Assembly (NCBI RefSeq): GCF_000142905.1
Contig: NW_013657663.1
Span: 469,785 to 533,784 of the forward strand
DNA: 64,000 bases
Source of the DNA: Thecamonas trahens ATCC 50062
Taxonomy: Eukaryota > Protista > Apusomonadida
Direction: 5' to 3'
In this document: positions 26,101 through 36,405 of the stretch, piece by piece
Position numbering within the stretch: the first letter of the stretch is position 1
Layout: every line of letters starts with the position of its first letter
The notes under the pieces: generated by a model
What the model was told of the DNA's origin: nothing
The model's input: the letters and a program-made list of their open reading frames with translations, nothing else
Databases searched by the model: none
Made by a program: the position numbers and the translations under genes

Positions 26101-29100
26101 TAGCGAGCAACTCTGCGCCGTACGGATCAGGCGGCGGGCTACTGGTGACCGAGACCGCAGAGGGTGCGATGGTGGCGGTGAACCAAACGCAGATCGACGA
26201 CAACGTCGCCGGCAAGCTTGGTGGAGGGGTGGCGGTGTTTGAGCCGCTCGGCTGCAGTGTCCGGCTTGGTGCCGGCGCGTTAGTGAGCAATAATGAGGCC
26301 CGCGCCGGCGGCGGAGTCTCGGCCGTCCACGCTGGGTATTACGAGCCGGAGAGGACCGATTTTGTGGCTGCCGATCTCCCGCGGGCAGCCGCAGCAAGCT
26401 TGCCGGACCATTCGGTAGTGGTGCTTGGAATTGGTGCTGTGATCTCCGGGAACAGCGCTCGGTACGGCGGGGCGTTCTTTGGGTGCGGCGCGCACATTGA
26501 CGCCAGCGCGGCGGTTGCATCCGCACCACCGACGGCAAGCGTGGGTGGAGGTGTTGGCTTCTTTTGCGTCGACGCCAACAACACGCTCCCATCGCCGGCA
26601 CTGTGGCTGAGTGCGCCTGCAGGCGGAGTGGCTGGTGCGAGTGCAGGCGGCTACGGCGACATGTACGCGACGCCACCAGTGGCGCTGGCGGTAGAGGAGA
26701 CTACGCCTGGAGTGACGGCATCGGGCATGGTGTTTGGCCGCGGGACGTTGAGTGCGAGCGACGGGCTTGGCCAGCAAGTGGTTGATGCCGGATTGTCGCT
26801 TGGAGTTGCGCCGCTGGACAGTCATGTGATAGTGACGGGTGCTGAGCGCGGGGTGGCGTTTGTGGCGGTGGACGGGCTCGCGCATCTTGAGCTCATCAGC
26901 GCAGCTGCCGACGGCAGCCTCCTCCCGCTTGACGCATCACTGAAGCTGAGCCTGGTGCGGAGCAGCGAAGAGACGGCGGATCCAGAGGTGTCGACAAGTG
27001 TGACAATGCGGATCACGGCGTGCCCGCGTGGATTGGGCTCGGACACCCAGTCTGCGCTGGCAAGCAACGTGCTCGTGTGCTCGCCATGTGACGAGGGCTC
27101 GTACTCGGACGTCGAGTCTATTGAGCCGTGCCGTGCGATTCCGGCGTGCCCGGCGTTCTCGCTGCGGCCAGGTTCGGCCAACACGACGCATCTGGTGGCG
27201 TGCATGTGCAAGGCCGGGACGTGGTCGCCCGAAGCGCCGCTAGTGACCGCATGCCGCCCGTGCCCGGTCGGCGCGGTGTGCGTAGGCGGCGGTGAGAGGC
27301 CCAAGGCAATGTACGGCTGGAAGCTGATCGACACAGCAACGTTTCGGTTCGCCGAGTGCCCGATCGCCTCGGCGTGCCGCGGCGGGTTTGTCGAGCCCGA
27401 GTGCGGACCCACGTACAACCCGGACTCGTACCTTTGCCGGCAGTGTGCGGCCAACAGCTACCGCAGCCGTGACGGAGGGTGCGTCAAGTGCCCCCAGGCA
27501 GCGATCTCGCGGCTGTATCTGTTTGTGGGCCTGGCCGCCGGCATTGCGTTTGGATCGGTGATTGTGATTGCGGCAGCGACGCGGGCGATCAAGGCCGAGA
27601 CCGAGGACGACGCGCTGCTGATGAGCGAGTCGCAGGCTGCGGCTCGAATTGCTGCGTCTGCGTCTGCGATGACCCTTGCGGCGCGGAACGTGGTGATGCA
27701 CGCCATGCGGCGAAAGCCGATCCCACACGCGCTTGGGGTGGCGTTTGTGTACCTGCAGGTGCTGGGCATTCTCGCCGATGCGCCGTTCAACTGGCCCGAG
27801 TCGCCGGTGGGGCGGATTCTGCGGACGGCCAACGTGGCGAACATCGACCTGGGCATGTTTGCCACAGACTGCACCATCAAGGACTTTGGCACGCGGTACG
27901 CGTTCTCTGTCCTCGCGCCTGCGGCGTTCTTTTGCCTTGTCGGGCTGTTTGTGGCCGGTATTAAGAGCCTCCCTCGGTGCTTCTCGTGCGTTGCCGACAC
28001 ACATCTGGATCGGGTGTCGGGGTGGACGCTCGGCGGGCGACTGCTGTTTTCGTTTGGCCCGCTGCTGTACATCCCGCTCTCGCGGGCCGCGCTGGTGTTT
28101 TTTGATTGCACCAAGCTGCCCAATGGCAAGTACTACCTCGACGCAAACCTCGATGAAGAATGCGGTTCGGAAGCGTGGCTGGCGCTCCTTCCGCTGGCGA
28201 TTCTGGCAGTAATCGCGTATGTAGTGGCACTGCCTGCGCTGTTTGGCGTTGTGCTCTGGCGGAACCGCAAGTCGCTGTCGTCGACCGAGGTACTGATGCG
28301 GTACGGGCCGATCTACACGGCATACCGGCAGGCGTACTTTTGGTATGAGGTTGCGCTACTGCTGAAGCGGCTAGGCGTGGTGGCAACGGCGCTGTTCTTC
28401 TCGCGAGTCGATGTGTGGCTCTTCACACTTCTGGTCGGCATCTTCATGGTGAGCGGAGCGTTCCAGCTCAAGCACGAACCGTTCTTCTTCCCGCTCCATA
28501 ACCAGCTGGAGACGCGGCTCAACGGGGCGGTCCTTGTCTTGCTTGGATGTGGAGTCTTGTTCTGGGCAGACAAGTTCTACAACCGGATGACTTACCTGGC
28601 GATTGTGGTCATTGCGGTGGCGTCGATCGGGTTCTCTGTGGTGCTCCTTGTCACGACCTCATTCCGCGAGGTGAGAGCGACGTTCCGATACCATCGGCGC
28701 AGGCGGCGGACGCGGCAGGCGCCGGGCGAGGGCGAGCTGGATATCAACGCACTCTCGATCCGTGATGAAGTGTTCCTCTCGCTCTTGGCGCGGCATGTGA
28801 GCGATCTAGAGAACCCGGCACTGTCAAGCCCGCTACTCGATGTGCAGTCGCGGTTCGAGACGCGGCGCAAGCCGCCGCTGCTGCCGGGCCTGGCAAGCGG
28901 GAGCTCTTCCGAGCTGACAGACAGCAGCTCGGGAGACGGGTCCTTAGCCGAGGCTGTCGACGCTACTCGCATGGTTACTTTTGTTGAGCCTGTGGGGAGC
29001 ACATGCTCGTCGTCGGACTCGCTCTCGATCTCTTTGGCGCCCAGTGCGTCGCAGTCGATGTCGCGATCAGCATCGCGGTCTATGTCGCGGTCAGCGTCGC

Positions 29101-29240
29101 GGTCGAGGTCGCCTGCGTTTGGCTCGTCGCCAGCCATTGCGGCCGGCTTATCAGCACCATCGTCGACGTTGGCACCGAGCCGGAGGTCCAACCCTGTGAT
29201 TTCGCGAACCGCGCCTGCTCCACGTAAAGCAGCTAGCTAA
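23139..29240 (+). CDS. Giant membrane protein: signal peptide, 14 FG-GAP/VCBS repeats, beta-helix, Cys-rich repeats, ~9-TM FLC/TRP-like domain (paralogue of 2535-10870)
   Basis: Signal peptide MAMTVKGAIVAMVLLLVQDAALA, DxDxDGxxD repeats, GGAVA/NxA repeats, CxPCxxG repeats, and TM motifs LQVLGI..NWP, RYGPIYTAYRQAYFWYEV, EPF..LHNQLE. Confidence 0.9.
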   Translation: MAMTVKGAIVAMVLLLVQDAALASCNVDYRLPAATTLASGSQPHGVVAAVLDSGTPFLDVAYIDFGVGSVMVMTRTGGGGWNVPASIDSTRTQPRTSAVGDVDGDGSPDLIVTFAAAGSNAIVLYRNIGWDATFPVSGLLQSYAVPVGGDPDGVAIGDINGDSLVDVVFSLAIADVIGAFMGTGPGTLAAAPIDLTSALPAAPSQPSQVSIVDVDVDGINDVVYVEAFGDRVIVMAGRPDIASTLATSVAVVDSAADTPFSFDVGDVDADSLPDIVVALFAEDKIALYVNLGDLAFSSRITLASEMDAPLTVAIADLNNDGAVDVVFCATFSDVVRWIPGNGAGGFTAAPQRIDDALSGARNVIVHDFDSDGALDVMAAAFFGGEVKLYTFDPSLSPFPYGRRLISNTANGARGVDAADFDGDGATDVVSASSFDNSIVVYYGDGTGYHLGNEVSVSGVADGVESVVAADYDGDGWTDIASASSGSGAIEWWRNIGKRNWAPSPMAIGTCDGAMKMSGGDFNNDGLPDLVAGCADAPSPSISAYINGDDGSTWTVQVVYSTPLIITNMDTAVGDIDDDGFVDVLFVASSVRLVGWASNAGGTGFLPPTTIDTLAIGFTIAAALCDVDDDGDLDVISAVANGGGSAISLYTQTAPGTISSTPTDLGGSYNLPYSISCRDASGDGFPDVAVASYSSDQISWLRNRGLGDGTFEAQEILTSTSIGAYRVKIVDVNNDGFNDLLCAGNDDDTIESFIQRPVLNATPMPAALPPHPAAVPLKVTDIYTALNTASQCTPQRIELAAGSVVVGGCSADGYLTVPAGAMWTIAGPAGVAPALRPRIDCGSAGGVMFEVGAGAQLKMTDVVLAGATVGSQPSAVTGLRVSGLDATLRLERVLVTGFSSQAASELQAMSGIGGSLAAVDGGRLDALDSAFDSNVAKGVGGAVALVGSAPSAHFTNCSFVANTALGGGGGAVAVLGSSASVVFDSGSTLASNSAPYGSGGGLLVTETAEGAMVAVNQTQIDDNVAGKLGGGVAVFEPLGCSVRLGAGALVSNNEARAGGGVSAVHAGYYEPERTDFVAADLPRAAAASLPDHSVVVLGIGAVISGNSARYGGAFFGCGAHIDASAAVASAPPTASVGGGVGFFCVDANNTLPSPALWLSAPAGGVAGASAGGYGDMYATPPVALAVEETTPGVTASGMVFGRGTLSASDGLGQQVVDAGLSLGVAPLDSHVIVTGAERGVAFVAVDGLAHLELISAAADGSLLPLDASLKLSLVRSSEETADPEVSTSVTMRITACPRGLGSDTQSALASNVLVCSPCDEGSYSDVESIEPCRAIPACPAFSLRPGSANTTHLVACMCKAGTWSPEAPLVTACRPCPVGAVCVGGGERPKAMYGWKLIDTATFRFAECPIASACRGGFVEPECGPTYNPDSYLCRQCAANSYRSRDGGCVKCPQAAISRLYLFVGLAAGIAFGSVIVIAAATRAIKAETEDDALLMSESQAAARIAASASAMTLAARNVVMHAMRRKPIPHALGVAFVYLQVLGILADAPFNWPESPVGRILRTANVANIDLGMFATDCTIKDFGTRYAFSVLAPAAFFCLVGLFVAGIKSLPRCFSCVADTHLDRVSGWTLGGRLLFSFGPLLYIPLSRAALVFFDCTKLPNGKYYLDANLDEECGSEAWLALLPLAILAVIAYVVALPALFGVVLWRNRKSLSSTEVLMRYGPIYTAYRQAYFWYEVALLLKRLGVVATALFFSRVDVWLFTLLVGIFMVSGAFQLKHEPFFFPLHNQLETRLNGAVLVLLGCGVLFWADKFYNRMTYLAIVVIAVASIGFSVVLLVTTSFREVRATFRYHRRRRRTRQAPGEGELDINALSIRDEVFLSLLARHVSDLENPALSSPLLDVQSRFETRRKPPLLPGLASGSSSELTDSSSGDGSLAEAVDATRMVTFVEPVGSTCSSSDSLSISLAPSASQSMSRSASRSMSRSASRSRSPAFGSSPAIAAGLSAPSSTLAPSRRSNPVISRTAPAPRKAAS

Positions 29241-29696
29241 GCGCAGATAAAAAACAATTGACCACTACTCTGATGATGTTGATGCCTTTGCTGTGCTGAT
29301 GGGGCACGGCGGGCGACAAAAAAAAGGTTGCCGCGGTAATCAAACGAACGAACAATCGAGCAAACGTCAAGTCGAACGTATGAATAATGGACGGTTCGGT
29401 TCATGTAGCTTTCAGGCGAATTGGGCAAAGTGCGACACGAGGCCGGCCAAGGGGGGAGAGGGGCAGGCAGCAGGGGGGGAGGGAGAGGGGGGGGGGGAAA
29501 GGAGTAACACTACGCTCTACCAGAAGCCCCCGCCTCCCTCTTCGACATAGAGTATACAGGTAGAGTTGGTTTCGAGGTAGTTCTGTTTTTTTGTGAGCTT
29601 ACTGCCTTCTCTGTACCCCTCTCCAGTTGACGGACCGGCTAGCCAGAAGGTGGCCAGAGGCAAAGTCAGCCAAGCAGACGACGAGAACAGCGACAA

Positions 29697-29765
29697 GCAG
29701 CAGGACCAAGACCAGGACCAGAACCAGGACCAGGACCAGGACCAGGACCAAGACCAGGACCAACA
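29697..29765. repeat. (CAGGAC)n hexamer microsatellite upstream of the RhoGAP gene
   Basis: About 10 tandem CAGGAC/CAAGAC/CAGAAC units. Confidence 0.9.
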
Positions 29766-29810
29766 GCAAGAACAGCTACCAACTACGACTTAGGTCAAAG
29801 ACGTCAGACG

Positions 29811-31708
29811 ATGGAGCACATGCCACCGCCACCGGATGACATTCCCCCGCCACCTATGGTGACGGGAGAGTTCCTTCCCCCTCCGCCGCTCGAGGACCTA
29901 AACGTAGGAGGAGACGGTCTCCCACCGCCAGACGTCACTGCTTTGCCTGTTGACCTGCCGCTACCTGACTTTGGCGTTGCCTCGGACGTTCCGCCACCGC
30001 CTGACCTGGACGAGCTGGCTGAGCCGGACAACGTCAACAAGATCGATCTGCTGCCGACGATGGCTGGAGGCGATGTCGGTACGGGTAGCGCGGCCGGGGC
30101 CGGGGCCGAGGCTGATGGCGTCGGGGGAACTTTCCGCTGCCACCGGATGACTCGCCCGCTCCACCGCCACAGGGAGGCGGCCTTGACTTTATTCCGCCGC
30201 CGCCGGACGACGAGGCACCGCCGCCGCCGACGCATGCTACTGCGGATGGCGAGGAGAGCGGAGGGAGCATGGTGCCAGCAGGCGGTGATGCGGGAGCCGA
30301 CGCTGCCGTTGGCGGCAGCGAGTATGCCGGGGCCGACATCGAGTCGTCGGCCGGACCGTCGTCGCTGGGTACTTGGGACGGCGAAGAGTCGTCGTTTGAC
30401 GCGTCGGTCTATGCCAAGTCGTCCAAGCTCATGGATCCGCTGGGCGCGGCAGCGGCGGCGACCAAGGCGCATAACCTTCCGGCGATGGATATCGAGCCGC
30501 TCAAGGGCCGGAGTGTGGCTGAGCTGCTAAGCGAGTTTCCGACGCCACCGGGAGTGGTGATCGACGAAGGCCTATCCGAGGCGGAGGAGCTGGAGAAGTT
30601 CCAGGCGTTGATGGTGCGAGCGTGTAAGGGCGCGAACTTGATTGCGGCGTCGGAGCGGACGGAGCTCGACGAGTGGATGGTGAAGAAGGCACCAGCGACG
30701 GTGGAGTCGCTGCAGCGCGAGGTGCACCAGTCGTTCCTCAAGGGCGCCAAGGGCCTCGGCAAGTCGATTGCCAAAAAGGTGACCAAGTCGAACATCCCCG
30801 TGGTCGAGCTCTCCAAGTACTGGCTCGACTTTGGCGGGTACTCGCGGAGCAACGTGTGCCCGCTGGCGCGCGAGCTCACGCAGACGATCAAGGTGACGAA
30901 CAAGACGAAGAACAAGGCCAAGCTGAGCCTCATCATGCCTGCCGAGACGTATGGGTACACGTTTATTGCGGACGTGACCGAGGCGCTGCTGAAGAAGAAG
31001 CAGTCTGTGGACATCACATTCTCGCTCAAGGTCGACAAGGGCTCTGCGGTCATCACGCACGTGGTGGTGGTCGAGGTGGAGGGCGGAGCGCGGCATCTTG
31101 TGCCGATCAACATTGTGGCGGAGGACTCTGTGTTTGGCATTCCGCACGAGCAGCAGATCGTGGTGGAGGACAACGGGTTTTCCATCCCGCAGCCGCTGGC
31201 GCTCCTCCGGGCGGCGTTTCTGGCCAACGGTGGGCTCACGCACTCGAACATCTTCCGCGGCTCGGTCCTCGAAGACGAGCTGCAAGATACCAAGGACTTG
31301 CTCAACCGCAAGCAGTTTACCGCCAACTCGACAACCAACATCGAGATCATCGCGGCGCTGATCAAGGTCTGGTACCGCGAGTGCGAGCCGAACCTGCTCA
31401 ACACGGTCCCCATCGAGTCGTTTGACGCATGCGACTCGGAGGCGCAGTGTCTCGAGCTTCTCGAGTCAATTCCCGAGCCGCACCTCAACCTCCTCAAGTA
31501 CCTGCTTGTCTTTCTTGCAGACGTCGCTCGCAACGAGTCGGTCAACGGCATGTCCGTCCGCAACCTCTCCATCGCCATGGCGCCGAATCTCATCAACCTC
31601 GACGACATCTCGCCCATCGAGGCGCTCACTATCTCGCAGCGCGTTGTCGGCTGGCTCTATATGTGCCTCTCGTCGACGCTGCACACGCTCGCTCTCTCGA
31701 CCACGTAA
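29811..31708 (+). CDS. RhoGAP with acidic Pro-rich N-terminus and MSP/ASH-like Ig domain; apparent frameshift at 30123-30127
   Basis: RhoGAP motifs GGL..SNIFRGS (Arg finger), AALIKVWYREC.P.L, LLKYLL.FL..V....VNGMSVRNLSIAMAPNL. The PPPP/D-rich sequence of ORF 29811 continues in the 30269 frame after the G5 run (NFPLPPDDSPAPPPQ). Confidence 0.88.
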
Positions 31709-31769
31709 CGGCCTGTAAATGAGCAGCGAGCGAACACAACACACATGCACCCATGTGACGATCTTCATC

Positions 31770-32066
31770 TCACTTGAACCAAACGGAAACAGGCTCGCCA
31801 TCAACAACAGCACCATCCATGCGCTCAACGGCCAGGGCAGCACCAGCTGAGCGGGTAAAGGCAACATCAAAGGTACCAGGCCCAACAGCCTCGACAGCAG
31901 CCACGGCACCAAAGGAAGCCATCATCTCAGCCACATGCTCAGACTCGACACGCTCCGACAGACCCGTCAGCCAAATGCTCGCCATAGACTGGGTCCCTTC
32001 GCCACCGCTCCCGCCACCACCCATACGTGTGCTTGTTTTCATGCCGCTACCTGTAGTCTTCTTCAT
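31770..32066 (-). CDS. Single-RRM RNA-binding protein (RNPS1/ALYREF-like RRM); 5' end uncertain
   Basis: SIWLTGLSERVESEHVAEMMASFGAV...GTFDVAF...AVERMDGAVVDGEPVSV fits the RRM pattern. Confidence 0.65.
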   Translation of the reverse strand: MKKTTGSGMKTSTRMGGGGSGGEGTQSMASIWLTGLSERVESEHVAEMMASFGAVAAVEAVGPGTFDVAFTRSAGAALAVERMDGAVVDGEPVSVWFK

Positions 32067-32831
32067 GTTGCCCTTTGTCCTGCTGTCCGCCCCTTCGAGT
32101 CGAGTCTAGCCTCCCTTGGCTTGTGTCGTCGTCGCCGGCGCGCCCGTCGACGCAGCCTGACTCGGCCGACTATTTTGCGTTGACTTGCGATTCGGCGACG
32201 ACATCGAGGGATATGTCAAATGCTGATCGTAGTTGTACGCGCATAGACGGGAGAGAGCAGGCGGAGATGAGAAGATCAAGGTGCGTGTGGGGGGGGGGGG
32301 GAGGGACTTGGTCGAGGATGTGGTGCAATCTAAAAATCGTGATCAAGTGGCGAGCTTGGGACGGATTCCAGAAGCGATGCCAATGTCGATACTCTATGCG
32401 GTTGTTGGCAAGATAGAATGGTTTCGAGGTAGACGGGGCCTAAGAGGGTACATGGTGACAGTAGGAGAAGCATGGCGTTGTTTGCGGGCGAGATCGAGAT
32501 ACGGAGAGTCAGATTGTGATTAACTCTTAGACCCATTTATTGTTGCACCCAGCCAACACCTCCGCACACCCCGATCCATTCACGTGCAACTACCCCTGCT
32601 CCCAACACCCACACCAGAGCCAGCCCCCACCAGCTTTGCCTCTTGCTCGTCTTCCCTGTCGCCTCCTTCCCCGCCCATTGCCCAGATCAAGCCTTGCCGA
32701 AGTAGCTACGATTAACTGTTGTTCCGTTTATTGTTCCGGCGACCGTTGGCTGGGACTCGCGGCCACACTCAACTCCAGGAGCGGACGACGGCGAGTGGAG
32801 GAGAAGGGCGAGGCTCTGGAGGTGGAGCAGG

Positions 32832-34561
32832 ATGAAGGTGCTCATTGTCAACTGTCATCCGGATACCTCTGACGTGGGTCAGGCAGTCTTCCATGAGTTT
32901 GAGGAGGCTGTGCGGAACTCACTGGCTTCGACAGGCGACGTGGTGGAGGTCCATGTTGCGGGCATGGACGATTTGGACGATTATTTGTACATTTCTCCTG
33001 CCAATTCGAGTCTGGCGCCGATGCCGAAGCGATTGAAGGAGAGTTTGATGGACAAGCGGGCACTGCTGTTGTTTGATCGATTGGATATGATCTTCATCGA
33101 TGGCCCACACGTCCTTGCTCCGTGGGCTCCGGCTGCCCGCAAAGCCTTTGTCCTCCTTCACATGTGCTTTGAGACTGGCAAATGCCTCTTCGGCTCGGCC
33201 TTTACCGCACACATGCTGACATACATGGCAGCTACGGGCGGGGTTTACGAACGGGTTGGATGGTCAGGATCTGTGGGCGGGAAGCTCGATCAGCTCAACA
33301 CGCTCTCGTCGTCGCGATCGCGGTTTCTCAACAACGAGACCGGCGATGTGTACCGTAAGGTGAGCTCGGCGCCTGCGCCTGTGTGGGAGCCGGTCTTCAA
33401 CGTCGGTCTGCGGCAGCACTCGTCGCGGAACCGATCGCACATCCGGTACACGCCGCGGATTCCGTCGTCCAGGGTAAGTTTGCGGTGAGTGTTGATCCTG
33501 CGGTCCGCAACGAGACGTCGCGGATCAACGTCCACTTTCGGGCGCATTGGCTCTTTGCCGACATGACCTCGAACGAATTTACGGTCCCTGCCAAGCACTC
33601 GTGGGACATCTGCCTCTCGCCGCTAGCGCCGGTCGCAGTCGACGTCCTCGCCGCCAACGACTGGACGCCGACCATCATCGAGTACGGGCACATTGTGGCG
33701 TGCAAGTTTGACGTGACACCAAAGGCTGAGGCCACCGTCCTTCTGCTACACAACTACGTGCGGCACAAGTACTCGCTGATGCGCAAGGTCTCGCACCTCG
33801 AGTTCATCTCACAGCTCTCATACCAGCAGACGCTACAGGAGGGCTCGTCGCTGGCGACGGCGCGATCGGCGGCGCTGCGGTCTGTGCGGTCACGCACACA
33901 GGCGTCGCGGGCATCAGTGCCGTCGGCTTTCTCGCCGTCGGCGACATCACCAGGTTCGGCGTCACTGACCGCCGAAACCGAGCACGGTGCGCTGCCTGAG
34001 CTCGCGGCGTTCCGGCCGCCGGACCTGCCGACTTCCAAGTGGAAGATGATGCAGGAGGAGGCGGCGCTGAATGGCGGTGGTGGAGCAATGCAGATCTTTG
34101 TGGAGACATGCGAGGCACCGCTAGCTCGTGAGCCGGGGGAGTGGCAGGCTGCGCCGTCAACGACGTTGCGGTATGCGGTCAATCCGCTGTGGCTTGTCCG
34201 CATGGGCGCCACCAAGGATGTTGGCCGCGAGACGCCACTGGACTCGTTGGTGAGCGAGGCTAGCTGCGACAGCCTGACGTCGTCGCGGTTTGTGCCGCGG
34301 CCACCGACAACAGCGTCGCCATCGCGACGATCATCGCTGCGCGGGGGGCGCGCCAAGTGGGAGGCGTCCAAGTCGCGCGCTTTACATGCATCAGGACGTC
34401 CGCCTGTCCGGGTCGTCCGCGTCCCAACCGGCCGCAGAAAACCATACTCGTCGTGGGCCAAGTTCCGTGCCCGCCACGCACACGCCGATATCGGCGAGGC
34501 CATGTCGTACCGCTTCCCGGAAGCCGACTTTGTGGCCACGCAGTCGACCAAGGTTGTTTAG
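32832..34561 (+). CDS. Protein with degenerate class I glutamine amidotransferase-like fold and low-complexity tail; two ORFs joined by a possible 41-nt intron (33474-33514) or frameshift
   Basis: MKVLIVNC, DMIFIDGP, GKCLFGSAF.AHML.YM, WLFADM....F.V..HSW and VLA follow GATase motif order. GTAAGT at 33474 to GAG at 33514 joins the two ORFs in frame. Confidence 0.6.
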
Positions 34562-34899
34562 CGGTAAGTGAAAGCATATGTAGTCCACCCGATTGCATGT
34601 GTCGTGCTATCGTTGGCGTCGATTGAGGCACGTCGGACGTGATCATGACGAGTACGGTGCTCCTCGTCTGCAGTCTTGAGGCCTCTGCGACCAGGTCGAT
34701 CGAGACTGACGAGCACCTTGTCGTGAAGCGGGCAGCGGTGCGATCGTGAGCAGAAGAAGGAATACACCTTGCTCACAGGCCATACCATGGCCTCCTTGAT
34801 GCCACATGCCTCGCACTCTCCTCGGCCTCTCTGATGGCGTCCAGTCCACCCGTGCTATTCCTGTGCGTGCAGCACCCAGTTGGCGGGCACACTCAACTG

Positions 34900-35010
34900 T
34901 GGCCACAGCCACAGCCACAGCCACAGCCACAGCCACAGCCACAGCCACACGGCCACACAGAAGCAGACGCAGACGCAGACACATACAAAGACGAAGACGA
35001 AGACGAAGGG
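34900..35010. repeat. (ACAGCC)n, (GCAGAC)n and (GACGAA)n hexamer microsatellites
   Basis: Tandem hexamers are directly visible. Confidence 0.9.
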
Positions 35011-35069
35011 AGACAGTCTCTTCCGTCCGAGGGAGCGTTCCTGTGGATTGTGACCGTGGTTGGGTCGTG

Positions 35070-35185
35070 ATGGACAGGAGTGCTGCTGCTGCGCTCGGAT
35101 ATGGTATGTGGTTTTGTTGCAGATTAAGACGAGGGGAAGAGGTGGGGAGGGGGGTACTCATGGTGAGAATGGGGGATCGGATGAT

Positions 35186-35221
<36 letters not shown>

Positions 35222-36400
35222 TGGGCACGATGGCGTGCCCGCACATGGCTGTGGTCGATCTGGTGGCGGTCGACCACATGGCTGTCATCGATCTGGTTCA
35301 CATGGTTGTGATTGATCTTGTGGTGTCGACCACATGGCTGTGATCGATCTCGTGGTGGTCGACCACATGGTTGTGATCGATCTTGTGGTGTCGACCACAT
35401 GGCTGTCATCGATCTGGTTCACATGGTTGTGATCGATCTGGTGACATCGTGCATGGTACACATCGCCTGGATCTCAGCTGTCGTCAACTCGTGTGTCATG
35501 CTGTTTAATAAGCACACGTTTCTTCCCTTTGGCTTCCACTTTATGCCCGCCACTATCTTTTGCCAGCTGATAGTGACCTGCATGGGCCTGCTTGCCGCCC
35601 GCGCCGCAGGTCTTGTCTCCTTCCCGCCCCCAAACCGTTCGGTCATCTCTGTCTACACACCGATCGCCATCTCGTACGCTTTCTCCTCACTTCTATCCCT
35701 CATTGCGCTGCATAGCCTCCCGCTGCTGGTATTCGCGGTCCTGAAGCGTTGCAACGTTGTTGGCGTACTCGTTGCTCAGCGCGTAGTCTTTGGCACCGCC
35801 ATTCCACCCGCTCGCGCCACCTTTGCGCTGATCATCGCCTTTGGTGCCGGCCTTGCCGTCGGCGGCGCAGAGTCCGGCGTTAATGCTCTCGGCCTGGTTG
35901 CTGCCGTTGGCGCTATTGCATCGCGCGCCGTGCATCTGCTGCTGGTCTCGGCCCGTGCCCGTGCCCGCTCGCCTGTGCCTGAGAGCGCAGACCGATCGCT
36001 AAGCAAGGATGACGACTCGATCGTCACGCTCATCTTTTACTCGTGCGCACTCTCGCTCCCGCTAATGGCGCTCATTGCAGCGGCGTCAACAGACTGGACA
36101 GCGCTACGTGCTTACCAGTTCTGGGGCGAACCGGCATTCATTGTCGCCCTCGCCATCTTTCTCGTCGAGGGCATCGTGCTTCAGACAACGCTTCTGGTCT
36201 GCACCATGCGGACTTCTGCGCTCACCACCGCCGTCGTTTCCAATCTCAAGCTGCCGATCGTCACCTTGTTGTCGCTTGCTTTTGTCGGCAGCCTCGACTT
36301 TGTGGCCCAGCCTCGCATTGCTCGCTTCATCGCAGGCATGGCCGTCTGTACACTTGGCGGCCTTGGATACACATGGGCAGCTCTCAGCGCCAAGGCGTAG
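35070..36400 (+). CDS. Nucleotide-sugar transporter (SLC35D/TPT-like DMT family), intron 35104-35477
   Basis: Splicing G|GTATGT...CTCAG|CT gives MDRSAAAALGYAVVNSCVMLFNK, the typical TM1 plus NK motif. Also FAVLKR, TSALTTAVVSNLK, GGLGYT and ~10 TM helices. Confidence 0.88.
35242..35442. repeat. Intronic minisatellite, 7 copies of a CACATGGYTGTSRTYGATCT core with 24/32/33-nt period
   Basis: Copies start at 35242, 35275, 35299, 35331, 35364, 35396 and 35420. Confidence 0.92.
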
Positions 36401-36405
36401 CGGCC

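Noticed and set aside
2535-29240. FG-GAP proteins as integrin alpha subunits
   Set aside because: They are multi-pass with multiple propellers and lack a single TM with a GFFKR-type tail.
35242-35442. CRISPR-like array or uORF/phase-variation switch
   Set aside because: There are no unique spacers, the context is eukaryotic, and the tract lies inside an intron whose removal restores the transporter's TM1.
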